Source of the DNA: Rubripirellula sp.
GTDB lineage: Bacteria; Planctomycetota; Planctomycetia; Pirellulales; Pirellulaceae
Direction of reading: 5' to 3'
Assembly (NCBI GenBank): GCA_965216875.1
Contig: OZ244207.1
Location: 5,088,001 to 5,152,000, forward strand
DNA: 64,000 nt
Part shown: one piece after another, positions 52,945 to 62,491 of the stretch
Layout of the letters: the number at the start of each line of letters is the position of its first letter
Position numbering within the stretch: position 1 is the stretch's first letter
Notes under the pieces: model-generated
What the model was told of the DNA's origin: nothing
What the model saw: only the letters and a program-made list of their open reading frames with translations
Databases searched by the model: none
Made by a program: the position numbers and the translations under genes

Positions 52945-53373
52945 TCATGGTATCCCATTTTTCATTTCGGTCGACGCAGTCGACTCATCGCGTCTTTGCA
53001 TCCACCAACCAACTGCCGGGAATTGCAACCAGAACGAAAAGTAAAAGAAGGTCAGGTACCAATAGGGAACCACGAATCCGATCCCCAGGCCCTTGTACCA
53101 GGCAAGGAGAAGGTAGTCATAAACAAACAGTGGCAACGTCAGGTAGAAAGCCAGCCAACACGAATTGCCAAGGTGCCTGCCGTCGGACCAATACCGATCG
53201 AGCGTGTAACGTGTGACCGGGAAGTAAATGAGCGTGACGAGAATCACAATCACCACCTTCGCCCAGTCATACCACTGCTGGTAATACTCGGGCAGCCCGA
53301 TGATGTAAAAGCTGAGCCAAGTGACGAAACTGTAGACCAACAGCTCGAGGTGTTTTTTAGCGGTCATATTCAT
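52945..53373 (-). CDS. Hypothetical 4-TM aromatic-rich membrane protein
   Basis: Four hydrophobic Trp/Tyr/Phe-rich segments (GLPEYYQQW, LFVYDY, WYLTFFY). Confidence 0.7.
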   Translation of the reverse strand: MNMTAKKHLELLVYSFVTWLSFYIIGLPEYYQQWYDWAKVVIVILVTLIYFPVTRYTLDRYWSDGRHLGNSCWLAFYLTLPLFVYDYLLLAWYKGLGIGFVVPYWYLTFFYFSFWLQFPAVGWWMQRRDESTASTEMKNGIP

Positions 53374-53413
53374 TCGAGGTCGTGCCAGCAAACGGGGCCA
53401 ACGCCCTGTCAGC

Positions 53414-53740
53414 TTAAGCGATTCTCGACCCGTCGGTGACCTTGCCTGTGGGAGACAACAAGACTGTGCCGTCAGCACCCGTCGACGCCAAGACCAAGAC
53501 TTCGGACTTGATCCCTGCGATGCGTTTCGGTGCGAAGTTGGTCACCGCAACGATTTGCAGGCCGACGAGGTCATCCGTCGAATAGTGCTCGGTGATTTGC
53601 GCCGATGAAGTCTTGATTCCGAGCGTTCCGAAATCAATCTTCAAGATGTAGGCTGGCTGACGCGCTTTTGCATTCACCGTCGCCTCCAAGATCGTACCCA
53701 CACGTATCTCGACCTTGGTGAAGTCTTCGAATTCGATCAT
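53414..53740 (-). CDS. csaA: CsaA / Trbp111-like tRNA-binding or secretion chaperone
   Basis: IEFEDF.KVEIRVGTI, AY.L.IDFG.LG.K.SSAQIT, NF.PK.IAG..SEVLVL. Confidence 0.9.
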   Translation of the reverse strand: MIEFEDFTKVEIRVGTILEATVNAKARQPAYILKIDFGTLGIKTSSAQITEHYSTDDLVGLQIVAVTNFAPKRIAGIKSEVLVLASTGADGTVLLSPTGKVTDGSRIA

Positions 53741-53816
53741 CGATTATTCGCTCACAGTCATCCGTAGAGTGTGTGCTTGAACGCACCAAACCCCTGCGAG
53801 CGTAGTACCGGATGGA

Positions 53817-55052
53817 TCAATCGGTCAACCGCGCGATTGCTTTTCGGATGTCGGCGGCGACTGCCGCGTCTTCATCGTCCTTTAATCTGTCGAGCAGTGT
53901 GAGCGCCGAATGGTCGCAGTTTTCACTCGCCAACCGGGCCGCCGTTCGTCTTGAATGCGCGTCTTGTTTCGACTCGTCACTCAATACAAAGGCCAACAAC
54001 GGAATCGCTCCCGGTGCGCCAAGTGTACGGATCTGTTCCTCGTGCATTCGCGTTGCCTTGGTCCGGCCAATCGGAGCGAGGATCGGTTTGAGGACGGCGG
54101 ACAATTCGGATTGCTGAGCATGCTCGAGTGCAATCAGCGGCAACTGCCAGGCTTTCGCGCCTGTGAGGGGAAACGAACTGCGATGGATTTGTTCATCGGG
54201 CCCAATGACCACCGTTTCCCCCGGCTCGATTTGGCAGGAATCCGAGCCGAGTTGCCATTGGGTTGGTTGTGAAGCGAGCAACTCTGTCGTCGTTTTCGTC
54301 TGGCCGACGGTCACTTGAATCTCCGACGCCGTTGGACAGGTCATCGCCCAGCTCGGCTCATCGGCTCCGATCGCCCCTGCCGGCGTGTCGATCTTGAGTG
54401 ATTGGTCACTGGGCGTTTTGCACCAGATCTTGCCTTTGGTTAGTTCAATGCGATCCTCTTCGTGCAAAATCAATTCCGCATCTCGGTCCATTCGAATCGT
54501 ACATTGCCTTGATGTTGTCAGTTCACAGAGCGCATCGGCAGAAGTTCGCACGCGTCTTCCTTCGGCGACCGTCGCCCCGGCGACTTCCTCGATCAATTGC
54601 CACGAAGGCTCGTCGGGTCCCTTCACCTCGATCTCGCCAGTTGCTGCGACAAGGGTTGCCGCAATGGGCGATTCCACCACCGCAACAGGTGTTTGCGCTT
54701 CGATGTCCACCTCGTCATCCTTGATGCTCCATGCAACGACCGCCAAAAGGGAAGCGGCAACTGCGAACGCGATCGCCCAACCGCGCCAATGCTGTGGGCG
54801 CAATGATTCCTCGGACGCCTTGGACGTTTCCTGCGTCGCGGCCGCTTCATTCATCGACGCGTGAATGTGGTCTGCCAATCCAACGGGAACGGCCAGCCTC
54901 GAAAAATGCGAATCGACCTCCTTGAGCGACGCGAGTTCTGCGGCGCATGCTTCGCACGTTGAGAGATGCTGCTCGACCGCGCTATGGGTCGCCTGCTCAA
55001 GTTCATTGTCCAAATAGGGACTCAAGAGTTCGACGACTTCTTCACACTTCAT
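53817..55052 (-). CDS. Anti-sigma factor (zf-HC2 + TM + FecR-like + HEAT-like C-terminus)
   Basis: C......LS.YLD.EL......VE.HL..C..C, a TM segment, FecR-like VRT...CEL..IRMD..L.L; overlaps the sigma gene stop. Confidence 0.85.
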   Translation of the reverse strand: MKCEEVVELLSPYLDNELEQATHSAVEQHLSTCEACAAELASLKEVDSHFSRLAVPVGLADHIHASMNEAAATQETSKASEESLRPQHWRGWAIAFAVAASLLAVVAWSIKDDEVDIEAQTPVAVVESPIAATLVAATGEIEVKGPDEPSWQLIEEVAGATVAEGRRVRTSADALCELTTSRQCTIRMDRDAELILHEEDRIELTKGKIWCKTPSDQSLKIDTPAGAIGADEPSWAMTCPTASEIQVTVGQTKTTTELLASQPTQWQLGSDSCQIEPGETVVIGPDEQIHRSSFPLTGAKAWQLPLIALEHAQQSELSAVLKPILAPIGRTKATRMHEEQIRTLGAPGAIPLLAFVLSDESKQDAHSRRTAARLASENCDHSALTLLDRLKDDEDAAVAADIRKAIARLTD

Positions 55053-55605
55053 CGGCACACCTCGCATGTCGACTCAGTTCGGTTCGTAGCAATCTTCTCG
55101 CTTTCGAAAGCCGCTCGTTGACGGTCGAGCGCGCAACGCCGATCCAGTTTGCAATCTGGTCGTACGTCAGCTCCTCGTAGTAATGCAACAAGACCACTTC
55201 ACGTAGCGGTTCGGGCAATTGGTGAACCATGGCCAGCAAGCGGCGTTGTTGTTCCTCTGCCTCGACGGCAACTTGTGGTCTTTGATCGGCAGTGGATGCA
55301 GGCACCTCGTCAACGTGCTGCGTTTTGCGAACCTCGTTGCGGCGAATCGTATCGACGCAGACGTGATGAGCGATCCCGCGAAGCCAAGCGCCCAGCGCGT
55401 CGTCTGACTTGAGCTGACCGAATTGTTGAACGCTTCGCATAAAGGTCTCTTGCGTTGCATCTTCGGCGTCGGCCGATGAGATCAACCGAGCCTGGCAATG
55501 CGCGTACACTCGCCGATACCAGCAGTTGACAATCTGCTGGATCGCTTGCGGGTCGCCCGTCTTGGCCTTTGCGACCAATTGCGTCTCGTCAGCTTCCGAC
55601 ATCAC
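55042..55605 (-). CDS. ECF RNA polymerase sigma factor
   Basis: DAEDATQETF, WLRGIA, LP...REVVLLHYYEELTYDQIA..GV..STV..RL..AR. Confidence 0.93.
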   Translation of the reverse strand: MMSEADETQLVAKAKTGDPQAIQQIVNCWYRRVYAHCQARLISSADAEDATQETFMRSVQQFGQLKSDDALGAWLRGIAHHVCVDTIRRNEVRKTQHVDEVPASTADQRPQVAVEAEEQQRRLLAMVHQLPEPLREVVLLHYYEELTYDQIANWIGVARSTVNERLSKARRLLRTELSRHARCADEV

Positions 55606-55697
55606 GCCGCCGGTTTTGTCGCTGCGGGGCGTGGCACCAGATTCAGAGGCTCTGTCACGGTGATCAACAACGCTGGAGTGTTGGTTAGTAATCGGTT

Positions 55698-55727
55698 TGT
55701 CGCATGACCGTTATTGTGAGACCGGCA
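55698..55727 (-). promoter_or_regulatory. Putative ECF promoter TGCCGG-N19-CGACA facing the sigma/anti-sigma operon
   Basis: The same motif and spacing occur on the opposite strand at 55770-55799. Confidence 0.55.
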
Positions 55728-55769
55728 AAAAATCGGCGCGCAGCGAAAATTGTAAAAAAATCCTCTTTC

Positions 55770-55799
55770 TGCCGGCCTTCCTAGCTCTTCCGCACGACA
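55770..55799 (+). promoter_or_regulatory. Putative ECF promoter TGCCGG-N19-CGACA facing the secreted-protein gene
   Basis: Mirror of 55698-55727; lies 57 nt upstream of ATG 55857. Confidence 0.55.
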
Positions 55800-55856
55800 T
55801 CCTCTCAGCCAATCGGCAAACTACGAGTTGTTCCCGCGTCTGCAAGGAAAAGGGTC

Positions 55857-57266
55857 ATGAGAAAGTCGATCAAGTTCACGGTATTGTCGACCTGTGTGTT
55901 GGCCATCAGCGCGATGTCGCTGATTTCGGCCGAAGAATCGCGTTCGGAAAACAAAGGGCTGACGTCTTCCAAACCGGGCGTCGCTGAATCAAGTGAGCAA
56001 GTCCAAGGTGAGTTCGTTGTCCACGAGTGGGGTACGTTCACAACTTTCTCGGGCTCGGACGGCTTGTTCCTTGATTTTCGCCCTCTCGCTAATGAGGCGA
56101 GCGACCTGCCGTCGTTTGTTCTCGATCGAGCCAATGGCAACTCACTGCATCGGCTTAAACGCAATCTGCGTGGTCGCGTTCGCATGGAAACACCTGTGAC
56201 CTACTTTTACACCGACCGCATTCGGCAGATCGATGTGAGTGTCGACTTCCCCAAAGGCCTGCTCACCGAGTTTTATCCACCCGTTCGAGAGATGCTGCCC
56301 AAATTCGATCCCAAAGTCGCGTACAAGGAAGGCGAACCTCTTGGCAACTCACGACTCAACTGGGGCAAGGTCACGCTGCTGCCGATCAAATCGTTAGCAC
56401 CAAAAGTGGATGATGAAAAATTGGGTTTGGAAATCGCTCATCACATCGCTCACTCAGCCGTACCGCGAGCCATCAACGACAACCACTACATCCAAGCGCG
56501 GGCAACCGATTCGGCGCTCGTTTACATGAACCCAAGTGGCGACGCTGGCGTTCCACCCTGGATCGCTCCGCAAGGACACCTCGAAAAGTTTCTCTTTTAT
56601 CGAGGTGTTGGCGACTTCCAATTGCCATTCCAAACTCATTTCGATGACGACGGCAAAATCGTTGTCTCCAACAATGGGCACTTGCCAATGAACTCGGCAA
56701 TCCTGGTCCATGTCGAAGGGGACAAGATCATGACCGCATCGATCGACCAAATTGACGCGGGCAAATCGAAAACGTTTGGCTCACCGAAACATGTGTCGGC
56801 CAACGATCTTGCGAAGATTGTGCGTGCGGCGCTCGAACGAGAAGGTCTGTACGACAAAGAAGCTTCGTCAATGGTCGCGACATGGCGGCAATCATGGTTC
56901 ACCGAGGAGGGAACACGAGTGCTCTACATGGTGCCTCAACCAATGACCGATGAGCTTTTGCCGCTTCACGTCAGCCCCGCGCCGAACGCCACACTGCGCG
57001 TGCTTGTTGGGCGAATGGAAATCATGTCGCCTGATAAAGAGGAACAGCTGCTCAAGGCCGTTACTGCCAGCAAGAGGACGCGTGCTCAATACATCAAGCA
57101 AGCCGAAAAGAGTCAAAAGAAGCAGCAAGCCTACAAGATCCCCGACTCGATTTCGCAAATGGGGCGTCTGGCCGAACCGGCTTTGGTACGAGTCGCCAAG
57201 ATCAGCAGCGACGCGTCCCTTCGAACCGAAGCGGAACTGCTGATCCAACAACTTCGCAAGCAGTAG
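55857..57266 (+). CDS. Hypothetical secreted protein (HEWGTFT / RMETPV.YFY / EKFLFYRG motifs)
   Basis: Signal peptide; motif-like blocks VVHEWGTFT, METPVTYFY, TEFYP, GLY.KEA..MV.TW..SWF.E.G.RV. Confidence 0.8.
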   Translation: MRKSIKFTVLSTCVLAISAMSLISAEESRSENKGLTSSKPGVAESSEQVQGEFVVHEWGTFTTFSGSDGLFLDFRPLANEASDLPSFVLDRANGNSLHRLKRNLRGRVRMETPVTYFYTDRIRQIDVSVDFPKGLLTEFYPPVREMLPKFDPKVAYKEGEPLGNSRLNWGKVTLLPIKSLAPKVDDEKLGLEIAHHIAHSAVPRAINDNHYIQARATDSALVYMNPSGDAGVPPWIAPQGHLEKFLFYRGVGDFQLPFQTHFDDDGKIVVSNNGHLPMNSAILVHVEGDKIMTASIDQIDAGKSKTFGSPKHVSANDLAKIVRAALEREGLYDKEASSMVATWRQSWFTEEGTRVLYMVPQPMTDELLPLHVSPAPNATLRVLVGRMEIMSPDKEEQLLKAVTASKRTRAQYIKQAEKSQKKQQAYKIPDSISQMGRLAEPALVRVAKISSDASLRTEAELLIQQLRKQ

Positions 57267-57291
57267 TTGCGAAGTTGCAGTCTTGACGCAT

Positions 57292-57329
57292 GACGGTGGC
57301 GGCTTATAGTCGCCACCGTTTTCTTTTTT
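57292..57329 (+). terminator. Rho-independent terminator
   Basis: ACGGTGGCGGCT-TAT-AGTCGCCACCGT followed by TTTCTTTTTT. Confidence 0.8.
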
Positions 57330-57370
57330 GCCAACGACGGTTGGCATCAACCTGTGAATGGACTGGTTTG

Positions 57371-58114
57371 GTGAAAGTTTCGGTTTCCCTGTTTCCTGAC
57401 AAAGACGCCATTGCCCCGGAAACCGACTTTGCTGTGGTCATTGACGTTCTTCGCGCCACGTCAGTGATGGCCACAGCGCTCGAGCAAGGTGCTAGCTCGA
57501 TCGTGACCTGCAGCGAAATCGAACAGGCCAGGGAAGTGGGGGCGGCGTTTGATGATCGCCCTCTTCTTTGCGGCGAACGAGGATGCAAACCGATCGATGG
57601 CTTCGATCTGGGCAACTCACCCGCTGAATATGGCAGCGACGTTGTGGCGGACAAGACGCTTGTGCTGACGACCACCAACGGAACCCGCGCCATCGCTGCT
57701 GCGGATGCGGTGCCCAATTTGATCACCTCGAGCTTCTTGAATTTCACCTCGACGATTGATCGCCTCTGCGGTGCAAAAGCCGTTCACTTGGTCTGCGCTG
57801 GCACCAACGGTGTGATCACAGCCGAAGACGCTCTGCTGGCCGGTGCGTTGACCAACCGACTTGCTGGCGACCATCGGGCGACCCTTGGCAACGACGAAGC
57901 AACGATCGCGCGGCAGCTTTGGTTGTCCTGGTTTGGTTCCGACGCCATGCCATCGACGAGTGACCTTGCTGGGAAACTGCGTGAAACTCAGGGCGGCCGC
58001 AATTTGGTCGATGTCGGGTACGCGGCCGATCTTGATCGTTGCGCGTCGATTGATGCTTGCAAGGTCGTGCCATGGCGAGTGGAGAGTTCACCGGTTCGGT
58101 TTGTCGCAAAGTGA
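57371..58114 (+). CDS. comB: 2-phosphosulfolactate phosphatase family protein
   Basis: VVIDVLRATS, LLCGER.C.PIDGFDLGNSP.EY, LTTTNGT, VCAGT.G...ED. Confidence 0.9.
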   Translation: MKVSVSLFPDKDAIAPETDFAVVIDVLRATSVMATALEQGASSIVTCSEIEQAREVGAAFDDRPLLCGERGCKPIDGFDLGNSPAEYGSDVVADKTLVLTTTNGTRAIAAADAVPNLITSSFLNFTSTIDRLCGAKAVHLVCAGTNGVITAEDALLAGALTNRLAGDHRATLGNDEATIARQLWLSWFGSDAMPSTSDLAGKLRETQGGRNLVDVGYAADLDRCASIDACKVVPWRVESSPVRFVAK

Positions 58115-58209
58115 CCGTCAAACCGCCCGATTTCCGACGCGGCCTCCGTTTGATCTTGTGATCTGACGCCCCGATTTGCTAATCGCCAGCGTGGAAAGGA
58201 GCCATTGCG

Positions 58210-60855
58210 TTGGCGGACGAAGACGAACCTGAAATCGTTGAGCAGACCGGAGTGCGCGGTGACCGTTTGGTAACCGTGCTGATGATGATTGCAGCAACCA
58301 CTGCGATTGGCGGTTTCGGTGCGCTCTTTTCGATGTGGTGGCAATCAGGAATCACCGACCCTCATGAAGTCTTGCGGATCGCTTCGCAAGAATACGTTGG
58401 TGGTCGCCCCATCGTCGCTGGCGAACTGGCCGAAACCGTCGACCTTGGCGAGGAACCGGAAAAGCCCGAGGAGATGGAGGAACCCGCTCCTGATGCCCCC
58501 GAGCCGACCGAAGAAGAAAAGGCTGCCAAAGCTGAAAAGGAGCAATGGCGACAACTACGCGACTTCCTGATCGGTGCCGGCAAAGTTGCTCGAGCCGGGC
58601 AAGAACAAGACGCGCGCGAACGACGCAATATTCACTACGAAGCGATTCCGTTTCTGGAAAAGTCACGTGAGACAGGATTTCGGCAAGGACGCCAAGCCGA
58701 AGGTTACCGCCTGCTCGGCGAAACGCTGTTCAAAGTGGGACGGTTCGACGACGCCATCGAATCGCTGACCGCTGCGATTGAGCAGGACCCGGTCTTGAAA
58801 CGCGACCTGCTTCCAATTCTTGCGGAGGCCCAGCTCAATTCGCTGCAACCGACCACCGAGGCGTCACTCGCGACGATCGAACACTTTCTCAACACGCTGA
58901 ATCTGGAAACCGAGCAACGACGGCGAGGCGAGCTGATTCGCATTCGAGCATTGCGTGAATTGAAACAATGGTCGGCTGCGCAACGCGTGATCGACAAAGC
59001 GCGCCAATACAAAGCAAGCAACGAGATCGAGCAAGAGAATACTGAAGCAGAATACCGTGATAGCTTGCGTCTGCAGCAGGCCATCCTGAAGGTCCAACAG
59101 GCTCAGGAGCAGTTCGGTGCCCGGCCTCAAGACGAATTTGACGACCGCACTGCGGCGACAGAGTACCTTACCGAGACGATGCAGACGCTCGCGTCACTGC
59201 AACGCGAAGCGGCACCGCAAACTGCCTCTCAAGCGCGTCTTTGGGCTGCACGCGCCTACTTGGTCCAAGGCATGCACAACGATGCGCTCAACGAGTTGAC
59301 CATCGTGCGACAGCAACGTCCTTTCGGAGCCGAGGGGATTGTCGGTGGTCTCGAGGAAATTGAACTCCTTGCCGAACAGGGGCGTGGCATCGAAGTGCTA
59401 CAAACCACTCGCTACATCATGCGAGAACTCGGCGACGCGCAGGCCTTTGATGCCACACTAATCCCCTTCGCAGAGTTCCAGCGGCGGTTGCAAGATTCCA
59501 TCGATCAACTCCGCGGTCACGGAAAATTCGAACAAGCCATCGACACGGCGCGAAGCCTGCCACCCGTCTTTCCGCGCAGTGCTGCCTTGATGCAGGAAGG
59601 TATGGGCTACTCCGAATGGGCAAAGTCCACGATCGAAGATGGCACCGACATCGGTGGCGAACTCGCTCGCAGCGCCTCGATGCTCGCGCGGAGTCGCTTT
59701 CGAGCCGCTGGCGACGCGTTCTCGGAAGCGGCACAACTCGAATTCAACACTTCGCAATACCTCTCGCTGCAATGGTCTGCGATCGAAGCGTACCAATCCG
59801 GTCGACATTTCACTCACAGTATTGAACTGCTTGAGCCCTATTTGCGGTACGAACAACGTAGACGACAACCGCGAGGTCTGGTCGCGTATGGACGAGCGCT
59901 GTTGGCGGTTGGACAACCGAAGAAGGCAATCGGTGCTCTGACAAACTGCATCGTCGAATTCCCACGAGATCCACTCCGATACGATGCCAGATTGCTTGCC
60001 GCGCTCGGTCACGCCGAGTTGGGCGATCTCGACAATTCGCGCCAGTTGTTAATGGACAACCTGCAAGACGGCGAACTGACACCCCAAAGCCGCGCGTGGC
60101 GTGAATCACTGTTGACGCTCGGCGAATTGCTTTACCGTCGTGGCTACGAGAATCACCTCAGGGCAGAGCAGGCCAAACCTCAAGACAAAGTCCAACTGCT
60201 GCGCGCCAATCAACCCATTCTCGAAGAAGCCGTTCGCCGACTCGATGAAGCGGTCACTCGTTATTGGCCAATGCCTCGGGCGGTTTCGGCAGCCTACCTG
60301 TCTGCTCGAGCCCACGTACTCGCTTCGCATTGGCCAAGGGTTGAAGCGTTGTCGCCTGAGATCTTGGACGCTGCCAAACGAACACTGCGGGCCCAAACCG
60401 AACAAGAGCTTCAAACCGCCCTTGATGGCTTTGGTTTGCTGCGAAAACACTTGTCCGAGCGTGAAGAGGAACATCGCCTTCCCGATTCAGAACAGTCGAT
60501 GCTCCGAAACTGCTTCTTGGCCGAAGCTGATACGCTTCGCGAGCTGTCAGAGGTCGATGAAGCGAGGGAAACGGAACGTTTGGAAAACGCGGCGGCAGCC
60601 TATCGTGCTGTCTCGCTGCGCTACATGAACGAACCTCCTGCGCTCGAAGCCATCCTAGGACAGGCGAGGTGCGCGCAGAAATTAGGCCGAGATCGCGAAT
60701 CCGAACTGTTGATTCGCCAAGCCAGCGTGGTGCTGCAACGTATTCCAAACGAGTGGAATGGGCGTTTCGAGGAAACCACTCGGTTTGACCGCAACGGCTG
60801 GGAAAAACTGCTCACTTGGATGACCAATCGCCTCGGCAACGTGTCGGGTGTTTGA
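58210..60855 (+). CDS. Large membrane-anchored TPR-like protein
   Basis: N-terminal TM; repeated LGE.LF..G.FDDAI, YGRALLA.G....AI, LGELLY TPR-like helices. Confidence 0.75.
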   Translation: MADEDEPEIVEQTGVRGDRLVTVLMMIAATTAIGGFGALFSMWWQSGITDPHEVLRIASQEYVGGRPIVAGELAETVDLGEEPEKPEEMEEPAPDAPEPTEEEKAAKAEKEQWRQLRDFLIGAGKVARAGQEQDARERRNIHYEAIPFLEKSRETGFRQGRQAEGYRLLGETLFKVGRFDDAIESLTAAIEQDPVLKRDLLPILAEAQLNSLQPTTEASLATIEHFLNTLNLETEQRRRGELIRIRALRELKQWSAAQRVIDKARQYKASNEIEQENTEAEYRDSLRLQQAILKVQQAQEQFGARPQDEFDDRTAATEYLTETMQTLASLQREAAPQTASQARLWAARAYLVQGMHNDALNELTIVRQQRPFGAEGIVGGLEEIELLAEQGRGIEVLQTTRYIMRELGDAQAFDATLIPFAEFQRRLQDSIDQLRGHGKFEQAIDTARSLPPVFPRSAALMQEGMGYSEWAKSTIEDGTDIGGELARSASMLARSRFRAAGDAFSEAAQLEFNTSQYLSLQWSAIEAYQSGRHFTHSIELLEPYLRYEQRRRQPRGLVAYGRALLAVGQPKKAIGALTNCIVEFPRDPLRYDARLLAALGHAELGDLDNSRQLLMDNLQDGELTPQSRAWRESLLTLGELLYRRGYENHLRAEQAKPQDKVQLLRANQPILEEAVRRLDEAVTRYWPMPRAVSAAYLSARAHVLASHWPRVEALSPEILDAAKRTLRAQTEQELQTALDGFGLLRKHLSEREEEHRLPDSEQSMLRNCFLAEADTLRELSEVDEARETERLENAAAAYRAVSLRYMNEPPALEAILGQARCAQKLGRDRESELLIRQASVVLQRIPNEWNGRFEETTRFDRNGWEKLLTWMTNRLGNVSGV

Positions 60856-60913
60856 TTTTGGTGCGTGCAAGCACACACCCTACGTTTGATTTTGGTGCGT
60901 GGAAGCACGCACC
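60850..60913. repeat. Tandem REP-like units, family E
   Basis: GTTTGATTTTGGTGCGTGCAAGCACACACCCTAC followed by GTTTGATTTTGGTGCGTGGAAGCACGCACC. Confidence 0.7.
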
Positions 60914-61006
60914 AAGCGAAACCACCAAGAAACGCAATGGACAGCTGGCCACGTTTCGTTTATCGCTAGGTAGCTCGCGTCTCCCCACGACCTAGCAGGC
61001 CAAACC

Positions 61007-61456
61007 ATGGATGGTTCCACCCTCGCCGAACTGATCAGCCGACGTCACCGTTTGCTCACACATCTGCTGGACCTCAGCGCCAAGCAGATCGAGGTAATCA
61101 AGAGTGGTCGCATGTCTGAATTGATGGCATTGCTTGCCGATAAACAGACTCCGCTGGTGGAGTTGGGGCAGATTTCGGATCAGCTTCGTGAAGCGGCCGG
61201 TGATGATCCCAAAACGCGGTCCTGGCCGAGTGAATCGCTCCGTGAACGTTGCCGGCAGGAACAAGAAGAATGCGAGCAAATGCACATCGAGTTGCTTGCA
61301 ATTGAAGCTGAGAGCGAGACGTCGCTGGTAGAGAGTCGCGAGTCGCTCCAAAAGCGGCTCGAGCGGATTGATTCGGCGAATCAGGCAGCGACGAAATACG
61401 TGGGAAGCGACTCGATTCCGACAACGGGGAACCGTCTCGACCTCTCGAGCGATTGA
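61007..61456 (+). CDS. FlgN-like flagellar export chaperone
   Basis: All-helical 149 aa, L..LL.L...Q...I......L..LL..KQ pattern, YxG near the C-terminus, upstream of flgB. Confidence 0.6.
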   Translation: MDGSTLAELISRRHRLLTHLLDLSAKQIEVIKSGRMSELMALLADKQTPLVELGQISDQLREAAGDDPKTRSWPSESLRERCRQEQEECEQMHIELLAIEAESETSLVESRESLQKRLERIDSANQAATKYVGSDSIPTTGNRLDLSSD

Positions 61457-61549
61457 TTCTGGGACATTCGTCTTGCGTCGAGAGCAATTGCGCCGTTATC
61501 AGCGAAATTGAAACTCGTTCCGGAATCCCGATTTTGTCGGAAACCTATC

Positions 61550-61972
61550 ATGTCACATCCATGGATCGATCCAAACGCCTGCCAATCTTTAGCCGTATTG
61601 GTGGAATCTGTCATTTCTCCATTGTTGATCGAACACACCTCGGCCGTCTGTCTTGAAGTCGACATCGACACGGACTTGGGCGTTCCGGCGGATGCGGAAA
61701 AGACAGTCGACTTGATCCGTGCTTTGGTCAACCAATCGCTTGATGAGATGGTCGACGGCGGAGACTTGACCGTTACCGCTTGCGAAACTCCGACGGGCGT
61801 TGAATTGGAATTGGCGGACACGGGTTGCCCGATCGAAGCGCGCGCAACGCGATTGCCACTTGCGGCTGCAGCCATCGGCGCGACCGTGCAGTGGCAGAAC
61901 TGCCCACAGGGCGGTGCGGCGGCGACGATCTTTTTCCGACGCAGCAGTGGCAGCAACCGAATCGCTGCTTAG
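61550..61972 (+). CDS. Stand-alone degenerate HATPase_c-like domain protein
   Basis: LVNQSL..M..GG.L.V, ELADTG, NCPQGGAA.TI; no GxGLG lid. Confidence 0.6.
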   Translation: MSHPWIDPNACQSLAVLVESVISPLLIEHTSAVCLEVDIDTDLGVPADAEKTVDLIRALVNQSLDEMVDGGDLTVTACETPTGVELELADTGCPIEARATRLPLAAAAIGATVQWQNCPQGGAAATIFFRRSSGSNRIAA

Positions 61973-62008
61973 TCACGACACCGTTTGTCTCCATGGGCGA
62001 GAAGACCG

Positions 62009-62413
62009 ATGCTGGGGATTTTTAACAAGACCACCATTCCGGCGCTCGAGCAATCATTGCTGTTTGCCGAAAAGCGTCACGAACTGTTGGCCGGCAACGT
62101 GGCCAATATGGACACGCCCGACTACCGCGCTGCGGACCTGTCGGTTGCCGACTTTCAAAACGCATTAGCCGAATCGATTCAAACGGCGCGCACCACGGCA
62201 CCGTCGGATGCCATTTCGCCAACGACGCGCGACGACATTTATTCGGGACCACGATCAGCGACGGAACAGGTCGTCTTTCACGACGGCAGCGACGTCTCGA
62301 TGGAACATCAAATCACCGAAATCGCAAAGAACCAACACTTGCACGGGCTTGCCGTAACAACGATGCGAAGCCAGTTCGCGCTACTGCAAGCGGCGATCAC
62401 CGAACGCGCGTAA
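62009..62413 (+). CDS. flgB: Flagellar basal-body rod protein FlgB
   Basis: RHELLAGNVANMDTPDYRA.D, HDGSDVSME. Confidence 0.9.
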   Translation: MLGIFNKTTIPALEQSLLFAEKRHELLAGNVANMDTPDYRAADLSVADFQNALAESIQTARTTAPSDAISPTTRDDIYSGPRSATEQVVFHDGSDVSMEHQITEIAKNQHLHGLAVTTMRSQFALLQAAITERA

Positions 62414-62491
62414 TGCGGATCGGAATCGAGATTGCCAGGTTACAACTAAGAAAACCACCACGTCACTTTCCTTTTACAGAGAGACATTGCC

